Below, one piece after another: positions 1 to 9,372 of a stretch of DNA of 55,222 nt (positions within the stretch are counted from its first letter, which is position 1; each line of letters begins with the position of its first letter). The DNA comes from Candidatus Eiseniibacteriota bacterium (GTDB lineage Bacteria; Orphanbacterota; Orphanbacteria; Orphanbacterales; Orphanbacteraceae). Below the pieces are notes generated by a model. It saw only the letters and a list, made by a program, of their open reading frames with translations, had not been told where the DNA came from and did not search any database. The stretch is taken from NCBI GenBank assembly GCA_043809585.1, contig JBDROZ010000011.1, forward strand, positions 1 to 55,222, given 5' to 3'. Both the position numbers and the translations under genes were made by a program.

Positions 1-153
1 GCTCGCATGATAGCACGCCATCTGCGACAGTGCTCGCATTCACCAATGCTCACATATCGTTGGATATGCTCTGCTTGGTGAATGCTGCGCGCTGCCGCAT
101 CTGACGCACTCTCACGCGTTTGCTCTCGAGATTTTATGAAAGATCAAGGCTAG
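1..153. repeat. ~180-bp hairpin (MITE/ERIC-like) element E0, left end cut off by the window edge
   Basis: Imperfect palindrome centred at 60/61: GCATTCACCAA 36-46 / TTGGTGAATGC 75-85; apical CATATC-GTTG-GATATG 53-68; pairing extends from about 5 to 117. Ends in AGGCTAG (CTAG 150-153), like elements E2 and E3. Confidence 0.7.
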
Positions 154-172
154 CAGAGGGCCGGGGCGCGGG

Positions 173-1529
173 CTACCCCTCCCGAAGGCGGCGGGCCCCT
201 TCGCCGTGACGGCGACGGATCTCGTCGTAGTCGGCCGCCGCGAGCCTCCCCTCCCGCACCACCGCCCGGCCCTCCACGAAGAGCGTGTGGACCCGGGCCG
301 GCCCGCAGAGGAGGATCGCCGCGAGGGGGTCGCCGGCGCCGGAGAACCCGATCTGATCGAGGGAGAAGAGGGCCACGTCGGCGCGATAGCCGGGCGCGAG
401 CCGGCCGATGTCGTCCCGTCCGAGCACCGCCGCCCCCCCCCCGCGTCGCCCACCGGAGCGCCTCGTCCGCGGAGAGCTTCCCGGCGCCGTAACGGATCCG
501 CCCGAGAAGCAGGGCCTGGCGCGCTTCCGCGGAAAGGGACGAGGCGTCGTTCGACGCCGACCCGTCGACGCCGAGGCCGAGGGGAACGCCCGCGGCCGCG
601 AGATCGAGGGTCGGGGCGATCCCCGAAGCGAGCCGCATGTTCGACGACGGGCAATGGGCGACGCCGCACCGGGCGGCGCCGAGGCGGCCGATCTCGCCGT
701 CGTCGAAGTGGATGCCGTGGGCGACCCATGCCCGGTCCGAGAGCCAGCCCGTCTTCTCCAGATAGTCGAGGGGTCGGAGGCCGAATCGGGCGAGGCAGTA
801 CTCCTCTTCGTCCTTCGTCTCGGCGAGGTGGGTGTGAAGGCGAACCTCGTAGGCCTCGGCGAGGGCCGCCGTCTCCCGCATGAGATCCTCGGTGACCGAG
901 AAGGGGGAACAGGGGGCGAGGGCGACCCTCACCATCGAGCCCGGCGACGGATCGTGGTGGGCCTCCACCACGCGGCGGCAATCCCGGAGGATGGTCTCTT
1001 CCTCCTGGACGACCGAGTCGGGCGGGAGACCGCCGTCCTTTTCCGAAAGGCTCATGCTCCCCCGGGTGGCGTGAAAGCGGGCGCCGAGCCGGACGGCGGC
1101 CTCGATCGCGGCGTCGACCGGGTCGGTGAGCTCTTTCGTGAAGAGGTAGTGATGGTCGGACGATGTGGAACAGCCCGAGAGAAGAAGCTCGGCGAGGGCC
1201 ATCTCCGCGGCGACCCGCACCTGTTCCCTCGAAAGACGCGCCCAGACCGGGTAGAGGGTCGTGAGCCAGGGGAAGAGCCCCACGTCCGTCGCCCCCGGAA
1301 AGGCCCGGGTCAGAGTCTGATAAAAATGATGGTGGGTGTTCACCAGGCCCGGCAGGACGACCATGCCGGAGGCGTCGATCGTCTCCCCCACCCCCTCTTC
1401 CGGCTCCTCTCCCGGGCCGCCGATCCCCGCGATGGCGCCCCCCCGGAGCAGGACCCAGCCCCCTCGGATCTCCCGGAAGTCCGGATCGAGGATGCCGACG
1501 GTTTCGGCGTTTCGAACCAAGATGCCCAC
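173..1529 (-). CDS. Metal-dependent amidohydrolase, 8-oxoguanine deaminase / AtzB-like; frameshifted at C10 tract 433-442
   Basis: PGLVNTHHHFYQ, HTHLAE, HCPSSNMRLASG and GVDGSASND motifs in ORF 150..1586. The C-terminus (LGRDDIGRLAPGYRADVALF...) continues in ORF 173..427, and C9 would fuse the two. GTG start at 1529 follows GGGAGG. Confidence 0.85.
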
Positions 1530-1579
1530 CGGCGAGCCCTCCCGAGCGTGAACGAACCGAATCCAACCGTGCAACGGGC

Positions 1580-1608
1580 TTGACATTAGCAGAAAAGGGG
1601 TTTAGGGT
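1580..1608 (+). promoter_or_regulatory. Putative sigma70 promoter upstream of GDPD
   Basis: TTGACA (1580-1585), 17-bp spacer, TAGGGT (1603-1608) in a divergent intergenic region. Confidence 0.45.
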
Positions 1609-1695
1609 CCTGGGCTGATTGCCCGAGGTTCTTCATCCGAGGGGCCCCCGGGCCGATCCTTCGAGAAGAGGCCGCGCGATCGGCCGGGGGAGCGA

Positions 1696-2463
1696 ATGGT
1701 GACGGACGAGAAAAAAGTGTTGCGCATCGGCCACCGGGGCGCCCCCTCCTTCTTCTTGGAGAACACGATCGCTTCGATCCAGAAGGCGGTCGAAGTGGGC
1801 GTGGACATGGTGGAGTTCGACATCCGCCGTACGCTGGACGATCAGTTCGTACTCTGGCACTCGAGCCGGTTCGGCCGATTCTTCGACGTCTCGTCGCGGG
1901 TCGCTCGAAAGAAAATCGCCGATCTCATGCACGTCCGTGGCGGCGACGGCCAGCCGATCGCCCTCCTCCAGGACGCGATCGACGCCGTCAAGGGCCTCGC
2001 CCTGATGAACATCGATCTCAAGTCCTCGGGGGGCGAGGAGGGTCTCGTCGATCTGATCGTCAGGAAGGGTGTGGAGAAGGACGTGCTCATCAGCTCCCAC
2101 CACACCAAGAGTCTCCGGAAGATCAAGGAACTCGAGCCGAGAATCCACACGGGGATTTCCCTTCCGAAGGACAGGTTCCACCTCTCGATCCTCGAGGACA
2201 TCTGGCCGGTCCGCAAGTCGAGCCTCTTCCTCATGCGCCGGATGATCCGCTACTGGGGCCTCCGCTCCCTGGAAAAGGCCCGGGCCGACGCTCTCATGCT
2301 CTACTACGAGCTGCTCTCCCCCGGTCTCGTCCAGTTCTTCCAAACCCGCGGCGTGCCCGTCTACGCCTACACGGTGGACGACGAGGGGGCGATGGAGAAG
2401 GTCGCCTCCATGGGCGTTCACGGAATCGCGTCCAACCGCCCCGAGCTTTTCCAAGAAGTCTGA
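1696..2463 (+). CDS. Glycerophosphodiester phosphodiesterase family protein
   Basis: IGHRGA...ENTIAS...VEFDIRRT.D...LWH catalytic signature; C-terminal YTVD...GVHGIASNRP. Confidence 0.9.
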   Translation: MVTDEKKVLRIGHRGAPSFFLENTIASIQKAVEVGVDMVEFDIRRTLDDQFVLWHSSRFGRFFDVSSRVARKKIADLMHVRGGDGQPIALLQDAIDAVKGLALMNIDLKSSGGEEGLVDLIVRKGVEKDVLISSHHTKSLRKIKELEPRIHTGISLPKDRFHLSILEDIWPVRKSSLFLMRRMIRYWGLRSLEKARADALMLYYELLSPGLVQFFQTRGVPVYAYTVDDEGAMEKVASMGVHGIASNRPELFQEV

Positions 2464-2491
2464 TTTCCCCACCCCTCTCTCCCGGGTTCGA

Positions 2492-2520
2492 TTGACATAA
2501 CTTTCGGATCGCGCTAAATT
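2492..2520 (+). promoter_or_regulatory. sigma70 promoter of regulator-polyprenyl synthase operon
   Basis: TTGACA (2492-2497), 17 bp, TAAATT (2515-2520); AGGAGG Shine-Dalgarno before GTG 2557. Confidence 0.75.
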
Positions 2521-2546
2521 TTCAGAAACTTCTGAAACTTCCGAAA
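2520..2546. promoter_or_regulatory. Palindromic operator, probably bound by the adjacent regulator
   Basis: Perfect 8-2-8 palindrome TTTCAGAA-AC-TTCTGAAA (2520-2537) plus a third TTCCGAAA half-site at 9-bp spacing, over the expected transcription start. Confidence 0.7.
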
Positions 2547-2556
2547 GGAGGAGCCC

Positions 2557-3108
2557 GTGGGTGAGCCGGTAAAGACCCCGGTGCCGGTGGCGATCGAGGC
2601 GCGCCTCGAAGTCTGCCAGATCATCGGGAGAATGATGGAACTGTGGGGATTCCGGAAGAACCTCGGCCGGATCTGGACCCTCCTGTTCCTCTCCGACGAA
2701 CCGATCTCCGCCGGCGAGATCGGGGATCATCTCTCCCTCAGCCGGGGCTCGACGAGCATGGCGCTCCAGGAGCTTCTCCGCTGGGGTGTGGTGAGAAAGT
2801 CGTGGAAGCCGGGGGAGCGGAAGGACTTTTTCGAGGCGGAGCAAAACGTCGCGAAGATGGTCCTCCGGGTTCTGAACGAAAGGGAGCTTCCCGCCATCGA
2901 CGAGGCGATCCACGGCCTCGGAGACGTCCTCCGCACCCTCGACGAGAACGGCGCCAAGAGCGCCGATCCCGTTCTGCTCCGGAGAACCGGGGACCTTCTC
3001 CGATTGACCGAGTCGGGCCGCACCTTGTTCAAGAATCTGGTCGGACCGAGCGGCCCCGCCACGCCGTTCCTCAAAGGGTTCGGCGCTTTCCGGGAGGACC
3101 GGTCATGA
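2557..3108 (+). CDS. GbsR/MarR-family winged-helix transcriptional regulator
   Basis: WGFRKNLGRIWTLLFLSDEPISAGEI...LSRGSTSMALQELLRWGVV...GERKDFFEAE pattern. Confidence 0.85.
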   Translation: MGEPVKTPVPVAIEARLEVCQIIGRMMELWGFRKNLGRIWTLLFLSDEPISAGEIGDHLSLSRGSTSMALQELLRWGVVRKSWKPGERKDFFEAEQNVAKMVLRVLNERELPAIDEAIHGLGDVLRTLDENGAKSADPVLLRRTGDLLRLTESGRTLFKNLVGPSGPATPFLKGFGAFREDRS

Positions 3109-4133
3109 GCGGGCCGACGCCGGCCCGGTCGGACGTCGCGCCCCCGCGGACCTTCGACGATCTCTTCACACGGGGCCGTCTCCGGGTGGTAGAAGAGGAC
3201 TATCGCCGGGTGGAGCAGGTCCTCACGGACAGCGTGCAATCCACCTTCGACCTGGTCCCCACCGTGGTTCGCCATCTGATCGGAGCGGGGGGCAAGCGGA
3301 TCCGCCCCGTCGTGCACTGTCTCGCGGCCCGCATGTGCGGGTACTCGGGGAACGGCCACATCACGATCGCGTCGGTCAGCGAGATGATTCACTCGTCGAC
3401 GCTCTTCCATGACGACGTGATCGACGAGGGTCGGGTGCGCAGGGGCCGGCCCACGGCGAACCGGGTCTGGGGAAACCAGGTGCCGGTCCTTGTGGGTGAC
3501 TTCGTCTTCGCCCGGGCCTTCACGATCATGATGGATCACGGTTACTACACGATCGCCCGCCATCTCGGGGAGACGGTGCAGGACCTGGTGACCGGAGAGT
3601 TGCTCCAGCTCACCCACGCCGGGAACCCCCTCCTTACCCGGGAGGTGTACGAGGAGATCATCCGCTGCAAGACGGCGTCCCTGTTCTCCTGGTGCGGCCG
3701 GGCGGCGGCGATGCTGGCGGAACTCCCCGAGGAGAGGGCCGCGGAGCTCTCGGAGTTCGGGCATCATCTCGGCACCGCCTTCCAGATCACCGACGACGTC
3801 CTCGACTACACCGGTACGTCGACGGACACGGGCAAGGGGATGCTGAGCGACCTCGCCGAGGGGAAGGTGACCCTCCCCCTGATTCTCGCGATGGAGCGGG
3901 ACCCATCCCTGGCGGCGGAGATCCAGGACCTCTTCCCCGACGGAAACGGGCAGGAGGGGGATCCCGTCCCCGTCGCGACCCGGATCCGGAAGAGCGGCGC
4001 CATCGAGGATTCGATCCTCATCGCCGAGGAGCACGCGGAGCGGGCGGTGGAACGCCTCGCCGGTTTCGGCGGTTCGGACTACAAGGACGCCCTCGTGGAA
4101 CTCTGCCGGTTCACCCGGAACCGCATCCACTAG
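3105..4133 (+). CDS. Long-chain polyprenyl diphosphate synthase (IspB/HepT-like)
   Basis: GGKRIRP, first DDxxD (LFHDDVID) followed by RRG, second DDxxD (FQITDDVLD); ATGA overlap with the regulator stop. Confidence 0.92.
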   Translation: MSGPTPARSDVAPPRTFDDLFTRGRLRVVEEDYRRVEQVLTDSVQSTFDLVPTVVRHLIGAGGKRIRPVVHCLAARMCGYSGNGHITIASVSEMIHSSTLFHDDVIDEGRVRRGRPTANRVWGNQVPVLVGDFVFARAFTIMMDHGYYTIARHLGETVQDLVTGELLQLTHAGNPLLTREVYEEIIRCKTASLFSWCGRAAAMLAELPEERAAELSEFGHHLGTAFQITDDVLDYTGTSTDTGKGMLSDLAEGKVTLPLILAMERDPSLAAEIQDLFPDGNGQEGDPVPVATRIRKSGAIEDSILIAEEHAERAVERLAGFGGSDYKDALVELCRFTRNRIH

Positions 4134-4320
4134 GTCGAGGTCGGCGGACCGGCCTCCGGCGGACTCGTGAATAACCCGGCCCTCGTCCCCGTATGTCGTT
4201 CTTGGACGAGGGAGAGTGAACAAAACGGAATCTTCCCGCGTCTATTATGGGGATGACGGAATCGTCCAAGGGCCGCCCGGCACCGGCGGGGCGGCGGACT
4301 TTCGAGGGAGGGCTTTCGTG

Positions 4321-5106
4321 ATGCGAGGCAAGTCGTTTTGGATTCCGGCCGTTCTGGTCCTCTTGGTCTTCGGCTGCGGGGGCGGGGAGGACAACCCGGC
4401 CGGCCCAGGGGACGGTGACACGGAGGAAACGCTCAAGATCGTATCCATTTTTCCCGCCGACGGATCGGTCCAGGTCGGGGAGCAGGTGGAGATCATGATC
4501 CAATTCGACCGGCCCGTCGAGCAGGTCGGGGCGATCATGGTCCCGGACCTGAAGTGGATGGACGAGGACTGGCTGCTCCGGAGCGAAGACGGGACGACCT
4601 TCTCGAGGACCGTGGCGCTCGAGGAGGAGATGGTCTATCAGATGATCGTCTTCGGCGCGGTAGGGACCGACTCGACCTACCTAAGCGAGGCGACGATGAT
4701 CGCCTTCACCACATCCGACGTTCTCCCGGAGGGGGCGATCTCGGGCACCGTCGAAACGCCGAATTCCTACTCCGCCGAGGGAACCGTCCTCCTCTTGGTG
4801 GACGCGACCCACTGGCTTCCCGAGTACGGCTTCGGAGGCAATAGCCCGGAGGATTACCTGGTCGCCTTCGGGTTCGTCTCGGACGGCACGGGCGCCTACC
4901 GCATCAGTCATGTCCGGGCGGGCAATTACTACCTGTACGCGTTCAAGGACTCGGGGGCGGACGGGGTCGTGGAGGAGGGGAAAGACCTCTTCGGATTCTA
5001 CGACATTACCGGCCTCTCGGGGCTCATCCCGATCCGGGTGTACGCCGGGGCGGAGACCACGGACATCGACTTCCCCGTCCTCCAGGGAAGCAGCTTCTTC
5101 GATTAG
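4321..5106 (+). CDS. Lipoprotein with Ig-like domain and C-terminal beta-sandwich
   Basis: Signal peptide with lipobox LVFGC; IVSIFPADG...IQFDRPV (Big_5-like); GNYYLYAFKDSGADG. Confidence 0.7.
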   Translation: MRGKSFWIPAVLVLLVFGCGGGEDNPAGPGDGDTEETLKIVSIFPADGSVQVGEQVEIMIQFDRPVEQVGAIMVPDLKWMDEDWLLRSEDGTTFSRTVALEEEMVYQMIVFGAVGTDSTYLSEATMIAFTTSDVLPEGAISGTVETPNSYSAEGTVLLLVDATHWLPEYGFGGNSPEDYLVAFGFVSDGTGAYRISHVRAGNYYLYAFKDSGADGVVEEGKDLFGFYDITGLSGLIPIRVYAGAETTDIDFPVLQGSSFFD

Positions 5107-5110
5107 CCTG

Positions 5111-5170
5111 CTTCCTCGGACTCCTCCTTTGCACCCTGGAGCAGTCGTGCTCGTGTGCAGTATCGGTCCG
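5111..5170. repeat. Dispersed ~60-bp repeat D
   Basis: CTTCCTCGGACTCCTCCTTTGCACCCTGGA...CGTGCTCGTG; related copies at 43429-43470 (same strand, shortened) and 47661-47719 (reverse). Confidence 0.75.
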
Positions 5171-5191
5171 GAGGGGGATAGGGTCCGCTGA

Positions 5192-5234
5192 GGAATACGG
5201 GGGACACGAAACGAGTTCATGTCCCCCGCATTCC
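5192..5234. repeat. REP-like / terminator-like hairpin
   Basis: GGAATA-CGGGGGACACGAA-acgag-TTCATGTCCCCCG-CATTCC inverted repeat. Confidence 0.55.
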
Positions 5235-5357
5235 GCCGGTTCGGGCGGAACCGGTCCCCCACCCACTCCGATCCCGAGTCTTTCGAAGAAGCGATGTTCT
5301 TGACCGTTGGCGGCGGGGTGATGTAGAAAGGAGGGAACTCACGCCGGGAGGCCAGTG

Positions 5358-5986
5358 ATGATCACGCTTCGGACGTACGTCTTTCTCGACAGTCTGCAAC
5401 CCCAGCTCGCCGCGTTCACCGGCTGCACGGGGCGGGGTTTCCCCCCGTCCGGGACGACGCCTCCCTCTGGATCGAGGTGGCGCCCGGCATGCCGATCCAC
5501 ACGGTCACCGATGTCTGTCTGAAAGCGACGGCGGTCCAGCCCGCCCTGCAGGTCGTGGAGCGGGCCTTCGGCCTCCTCGAGGTGCACCACCGGGACCAGG
5601 GCGAGGTGCGCCAGGCCGGCCGGGCCGCCCTCGAGTACATGCGCGTCAGCGAGAAGGACCGCACGAAACCGCGCGTCGTCTCGAGCCAGGTGATCCGCGC
5701 CGTCGAGCCGATGCACGCCCAGACCGTGAACCGCACCCGTTACGGCTCGCTTCTGATTCCCGGCGAGTCCCTCTTCATCATGGAGACCGATCCGGCCGGC
5801 TACATCGTGCTCGCCGCGAACGAGGCCGAAAAAGCGGCCCGGGTGAAGCTGATCCAGGTCCAGCCCTTCGGCGCCTTCGGCCGTCTCCAGATGAGCGGGG
5901 AGGAAGCGGAAGTGGACGCCGCCGCCGCGGCCGCCATCACCGCCGTCGAAGGCGTCGCGGGTGTGGAATCGGAAGGGAAGAAGTAG
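5358..5986 (+). CDS. Bacterial microcompartment tandem-domain shell protein (BMC-T, CsoS1D/CcmP-like); frameshifted at C6 tract 5441-5446
   Basis: [20 protein letters not shown]...GF in one frame, then [11 protein letters not shown]...[13 protein letters not shown]...ETDPAGY...AANEAEKAA...PFGAFGRL in the next. C7 restores a single ORF of about 209 aa. Confidence 0.88.
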
Positions 5987-6164
5987 AACTCATTTCAAGA
6001 CCCCTTCCTGCTGTGGCCGGCTGCAGGGACGGCCCGCTTCGTCCTCGGGCGAGAATGTCCTCACCGGCCCGTCCAGGGCCGCCTCCGGGCATTCCCGCCC
6101 TCGATCCTCGCCGTCCGTCCCTTCGCTCGCCCTCGCGACGAAAGGGGTTTTGAAATGAGTTCTA
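5984..6164. mobile_element. 181-bp MITE-like hairpin element E1
   Basis: Terminal inverted repeats TAGAACTCATTTCAAGACCCCTT / AAGGGGTTTTGAAATGAGTTCTA (1 mismatch in 23); apical CGGCCC-GTCCA-GGGCCG at 6065-6081. The left TAG is the BMC gene stop. Confidence 0.8.
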
Positions 6165-6181
6165 AGCCGCGTCCCGATCGG

Positions 6182-6487
6182 CCGAGTCTCCGGAATCAGC
6201 CCGGGATCGGTGAGGACTTCCGTCGCGGAATGACCGCGCTTAGGAATTTAGCCCGGGATCGGTGAAGACTCTCGCCGCTCAATGACCGAGTCTCCGAAAT
6301 GAGCCCGGGATCGGTGAGGACTTCCGTCGCGGAATGACCGCGCTTGGGAGGTTAGCCCGGGATCGGTGAAGACTCTCGCCGCCGAATGACCGAGTCTCCG
6401 AAATGAGCCCGGGATCGGTGAGGACTTCCGTCGCGGAATAACCGCGCTTTGGAATTTAGCCCGGGATCGGTGAAGACTTCCGTCGCG
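6182..6487. repeat. 52-bp tandem array with alternating A/B units (104-bp higher-order repeat)
   Basis: AGCCCGGGATCGGTGARGACT starts at 6198, 6250, 6302, 6354, 6406 and 6458; the intervening 31-mers alternate between two related types. Confidence 0.95.
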
Positions 6488-6636
6488 AGGTTTGTGGTTG
6501 CGTGGCGAGAAGCCGCTCTGGACGAGGAGCACCCGGAATCGTAGCCGTAGCTACGGTGAGGATGCGACGACGGAAGAGCGCTTCGCAGCCCGCAAACGCG
6601 GACCGCAGCAGGAAGGATTCGCCGACCCCGGGCTAG
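6457..6636. mobile_element. ~180-bp MITE-like hairpin element E2
   Basis: Imperfect TIRs TAGCCCGGGATCGGTGAAGACTTCC / GGAAGGATTCGCCGACCCCGGGCTA; apical CGTAGC-CGTA-GCTACG 6540-6555. The right CTA is the stop of the minus-strand gene. Confidence 0.78.
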
Positions 6637-7046
6637 AGCCAGTATTGGTCGGAGTCGACCATGTGGGAGCGGGCTTCGAGAGCCCCCTTGATCCGGCGGA
6701 GCCACTCCCCGGCCCTGAGGATTTCCCTCTCCAGACAGACTCCCCCGCAGCCGGGGACCGGGACGAACTCGATGGAGACCCGCGAACCGTTCCCCTCCCC
6801 TTCGATCCACGTTCTCATGTGCCGCCACATGCCGGCCGAGCCCCATCGCAGATGGACCGAGAGCGAGGAGGGTTCGGCGTCGAAGTGCGGCTCCCCCTCC
6901 CCTTCCGCATCGTCCGGGGGGCTCCACCAACGATCCAGGTGGCCCGGGTCGCCGATGAAGTCGAAGATCTCTTCCGGCTCGGCATCCACGTGTTCCCGGC
7001 GGCAGGGAGATTCGGCGGCTTTCGGTTCCGGTTCGGGTCCGATCAA
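6633..7046 (-). CDS. SRPBCC/START-like domain protein
   Basis: HVDAEPEEIFDFIGDPGHLDRWW...GNGSRVSIEF...W-containing C-terminal helix; TTG start after AAGGAG (the ORF is open to 7127). Confidence 0.6.
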   Translation of the reverse strand: MIGPEPEPKAAESPCRREHVDAEPEEIFDFIGDPGHLDRWWSPPDDAEGEGEPHFDAEPSSLSVHLRWGSAGMWRHMRTWIEGEGNGSRVSIEFVPVPGCGGVCLEREILRAGEWLRRIKGALEARSHMVDSDQYWL

Positions 7047-7171
7047 GACGGTTCTCCTTCGATCTCGAGGGTGAGAGCCCGGGAGGGCCCTCCCCACAAA
7101 TGTACGGAAAAGCGCCGCCCGCCGCAAGACAGACCCTTGCGTTCCCCTCCCCCCTTTCCTATTCTATCCCC

Positions 7172-8458
7172 ATGAAAACACAGATGTCCCTCGCTGCATT
7201 CCTCTTCCTGTCGATCGTCGCCGGCTCCGCCGGCGCCGCGGATGACGATCCCACCACCGGGGCCCCGGAGCCCTTCGCCGTCTCGTCGCTCCGGTGGCTC
7301 GTCGAGACCCTCTCCTCCCCCGCCATGGAGGGAAGGGAGGCGGGGACCCTGGGGGCCGAGAGAGCCGCCGATGTCATCATGTGGCAGTTCCGGACCGCCG
7401 GTCTCGTCCCCCTCGGAGACGAAGGGTACTACCAGACATTCACGTACGATCCGGGCCCGCGGAAAGGCGGTCTCCGAACCCTCCGCAACGTCGTCGGAAT
7501 CCTCGACCCCCACAAGCCGGGGGACGCCCTCCTCGTCGCGGCCCACTACGACCACTTGGGCGTCCGGGAGGGGAAGGTCCATCCCGGGGCGGACGACAAC
7601 GCGTCGGGCGTGGCCCTCCTCTGCGAGCTGGCCCGAGCGTACCATGAGTCCAATCCCCACGACGGCCCGGTCGTCTTCGCCGCCTTCACCGGCGAGGAGA
7701 TGGGACTTCTCGGTTCGAAGCAGTACGTCGACAACCCGCTCTTCCCGCGCGAGCGGACGGTCGCCGCGGTGAACATCGACATGGTCGGCCGCAGGGAAGG
7801 GAACCCCCTTCTCGTCGCCATCGAGGGCCTCTCCGCTGCCCGCCGGGAGACATTTCTCCATCAGGCGTCGTTCGATCTTCCGGTCTCCGAAATGCGATCC
7901 GGCTTCGAGGCGGGAGATCTCGCGAGTCTCGTCCTCGCCCGGATCCCCACGATGATGATCTTCACCGGCCCCCACGCCGACTACCACCGGCCGGGGGACA
8001 CGCCCGACAAGATCGACTACGACGGACTCCGGGAGATCGGCCTCTTCCTCGAGAAGGAGGCCCCTCTCTTCGCCCTCGACGCCCGGGGCGGGTTCACCGG
8101 CGATCCGGGCGTCGCCGAATCGCGGCCGGAGGGGGAACGGGAGGACCGACCCTTCCTCGGCACGGTCCCGGACTTCACCGACGCCGCCGGCGGGGGCGTC
8201 CTCGTTGCGGACGTGGTGCCCGGGTCTCCCGCGGAGCGGGCGGGTATCCTCCCCGGAGACCGGGTGACCTCCCTCGGCGGAGAGAGAGTCCCCGATCTTC
8301 GCGCCTACGCGGACGCCCTCCGCGCCCGCGCCCCGGGGGACCGGGTGGGAGTGACCGTCTCACGGGATGGACGGACGTTCGAGTTCGAGGCGGTCTTGGA
8401 GAAGAAGACGGGCGGGTCCGGTTCGCCCCACGGCCCCGGCGGCCATCCGGGCGGCTGA
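7172..8458 (+). CDS. Secreted M28 family aminopeptidase with C-terminal PDZ domain
   Basis: Signal peptide; AHYDHLG, GADDNASG, FTGEEMGLLGS, NIDMVG, DYHRPGD; PDZ FLGTVPD...PGSPAERAGILPGD. Confidence 0.92.
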   Translation: MKTQMSLAAFLFLSIVAGSAGAADDDPTTGAPEPFAVSSLRWLVETLSSPAMEGREAGTLGAERAADVIMWQFRTAGLVPLGDEGYYQTFTYDPGPRKGGLRTLRNVVGILDPHKPGDALLVAAHYDHLGVREGKVHPGADDNASGVALLCELARAYHESNPHDGPVVFAAFTGEEMGLLGSKQYVDNPLFPRERTVAAVNIDMVGRREGNPLLVAIEGLSAARRETFLHQASFDLPVSEMRSGFEAGDLASLVLARIPTMMIFTGPHADYHRPGDTPDKIDYDGLREIGLFLEKEAPLFALDARGGFTGDPGVAESRPEGEREDRPFLGTVPDFTDAAGGGVLVADVVPGSPAERAGILPGDRVTSLGGERVPDLRAYADALRARAPGDRVGVTVSRDGRTFEFEAVLEKKTGGSGSPHGPGGHPGG

Positions 8459-8501
8459 GCGGCATCCGGTTCGCCTGCGATCTCGTCGGACGGGGGCGTG
8501 G

Positions 8502-9331
8502 CTATCCGGCGGGGACGGGCTCTTCGTCCGCGGTGAGGGCTCCTCCGGGCCTCGTGAAGTAGCGCACCGCCTTTTCGAACTCCTCGAGATCGACGCCCGA
8601 CATCCAGCAAGGACCGTTGGAGCGGATGTTCGGTATGCCGATCACGGGGACTCCGCTCCCGGCGTCCCTGATTCCCGTCACCAGATCCCGTTCGCACGCC
8701 ACCGCCACGATCGCTTTCGGGCGGAGCGCCCGGATCTTGTTCAGCGCCTCCGTCCCCCCTCCCGCCGTGTGGAGGCGGCACCGGTACCGCTCCGCGACCG
8801 CCACGAGTTCCCGCCGGGCGTCCCGGCTGAGACAGCGGGGGAGCAGGACCAGGATGCGGTCGTATCCCCCCCCCGGTCGATCAGCCGCACCAGCGTGTTG
8901 TGTATTTTCAAGAACGAGTTTTCCACCCGGTCCCGGGAGAATCCGAAGCGGGCGGCGATCCCTCCCATGGGGCGCACGGCGAGGATCAGGAAGAGAAGGG
9001 CGAGCCGCGTCAGGAGGAGCCGGCGGTTCGTCAGGACAGAGAGGATGACCGACAGGCTGACGAGCACGATTCCGCCGCCGATGAAGAGGAAGAGAAAACC
9101 GGTGGCGAGGGGCGCCCTCGGGTGGATCTCGGCGAGGCGGGGAACGATGAGATACCAGAGAAGGGCCGCCACCCCCACGACGCCGATGCAGAAGAGGGCG
9201 AAAAGGAGGAGAAACGGGTTCCGGGAGGTTTCTACGTCCCAGTCGTACTTCGACAGGTCGCCGTCCCAGTTCCGCCAGGCGTCGCCGAGATGGCTGCGAA
9301 CCCTTTTCAGCCGTTCCTTCCCTTCGATCAT
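8502..9331 (-). CDS. DUF116 family membrane protein; frameshifted at C9 tract 8866-8874
   Basis: N-terminal TM helices and SFLKIHN in ORF 8741..9682; ILVLLPRCL...GG..A...AIVAVACERDL..G...GPC in the frame of ORF 8502..8804. Confidence 0.75.
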
Positions 9332-9372
9332 GATGCCCCTTTGTACCACGGCCCGGTCGGCTCGATCAACAC

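Noticed and set aside
1-153. Retron msd or integron attC interpretation of the long hairpin
   Set aside because: No reverse transcriptase or integrase in the window and no clear RYYYAAC/GTTRRRY box pair. Half-length, CTAG end and apex motif match elements E1-E3.
6182-6487. CRISPR array
   Set aside because: The intervals are not unique: two homologous types alternate. The repeat is the end of the adjacent hairpin element, and no cas genes are visible.
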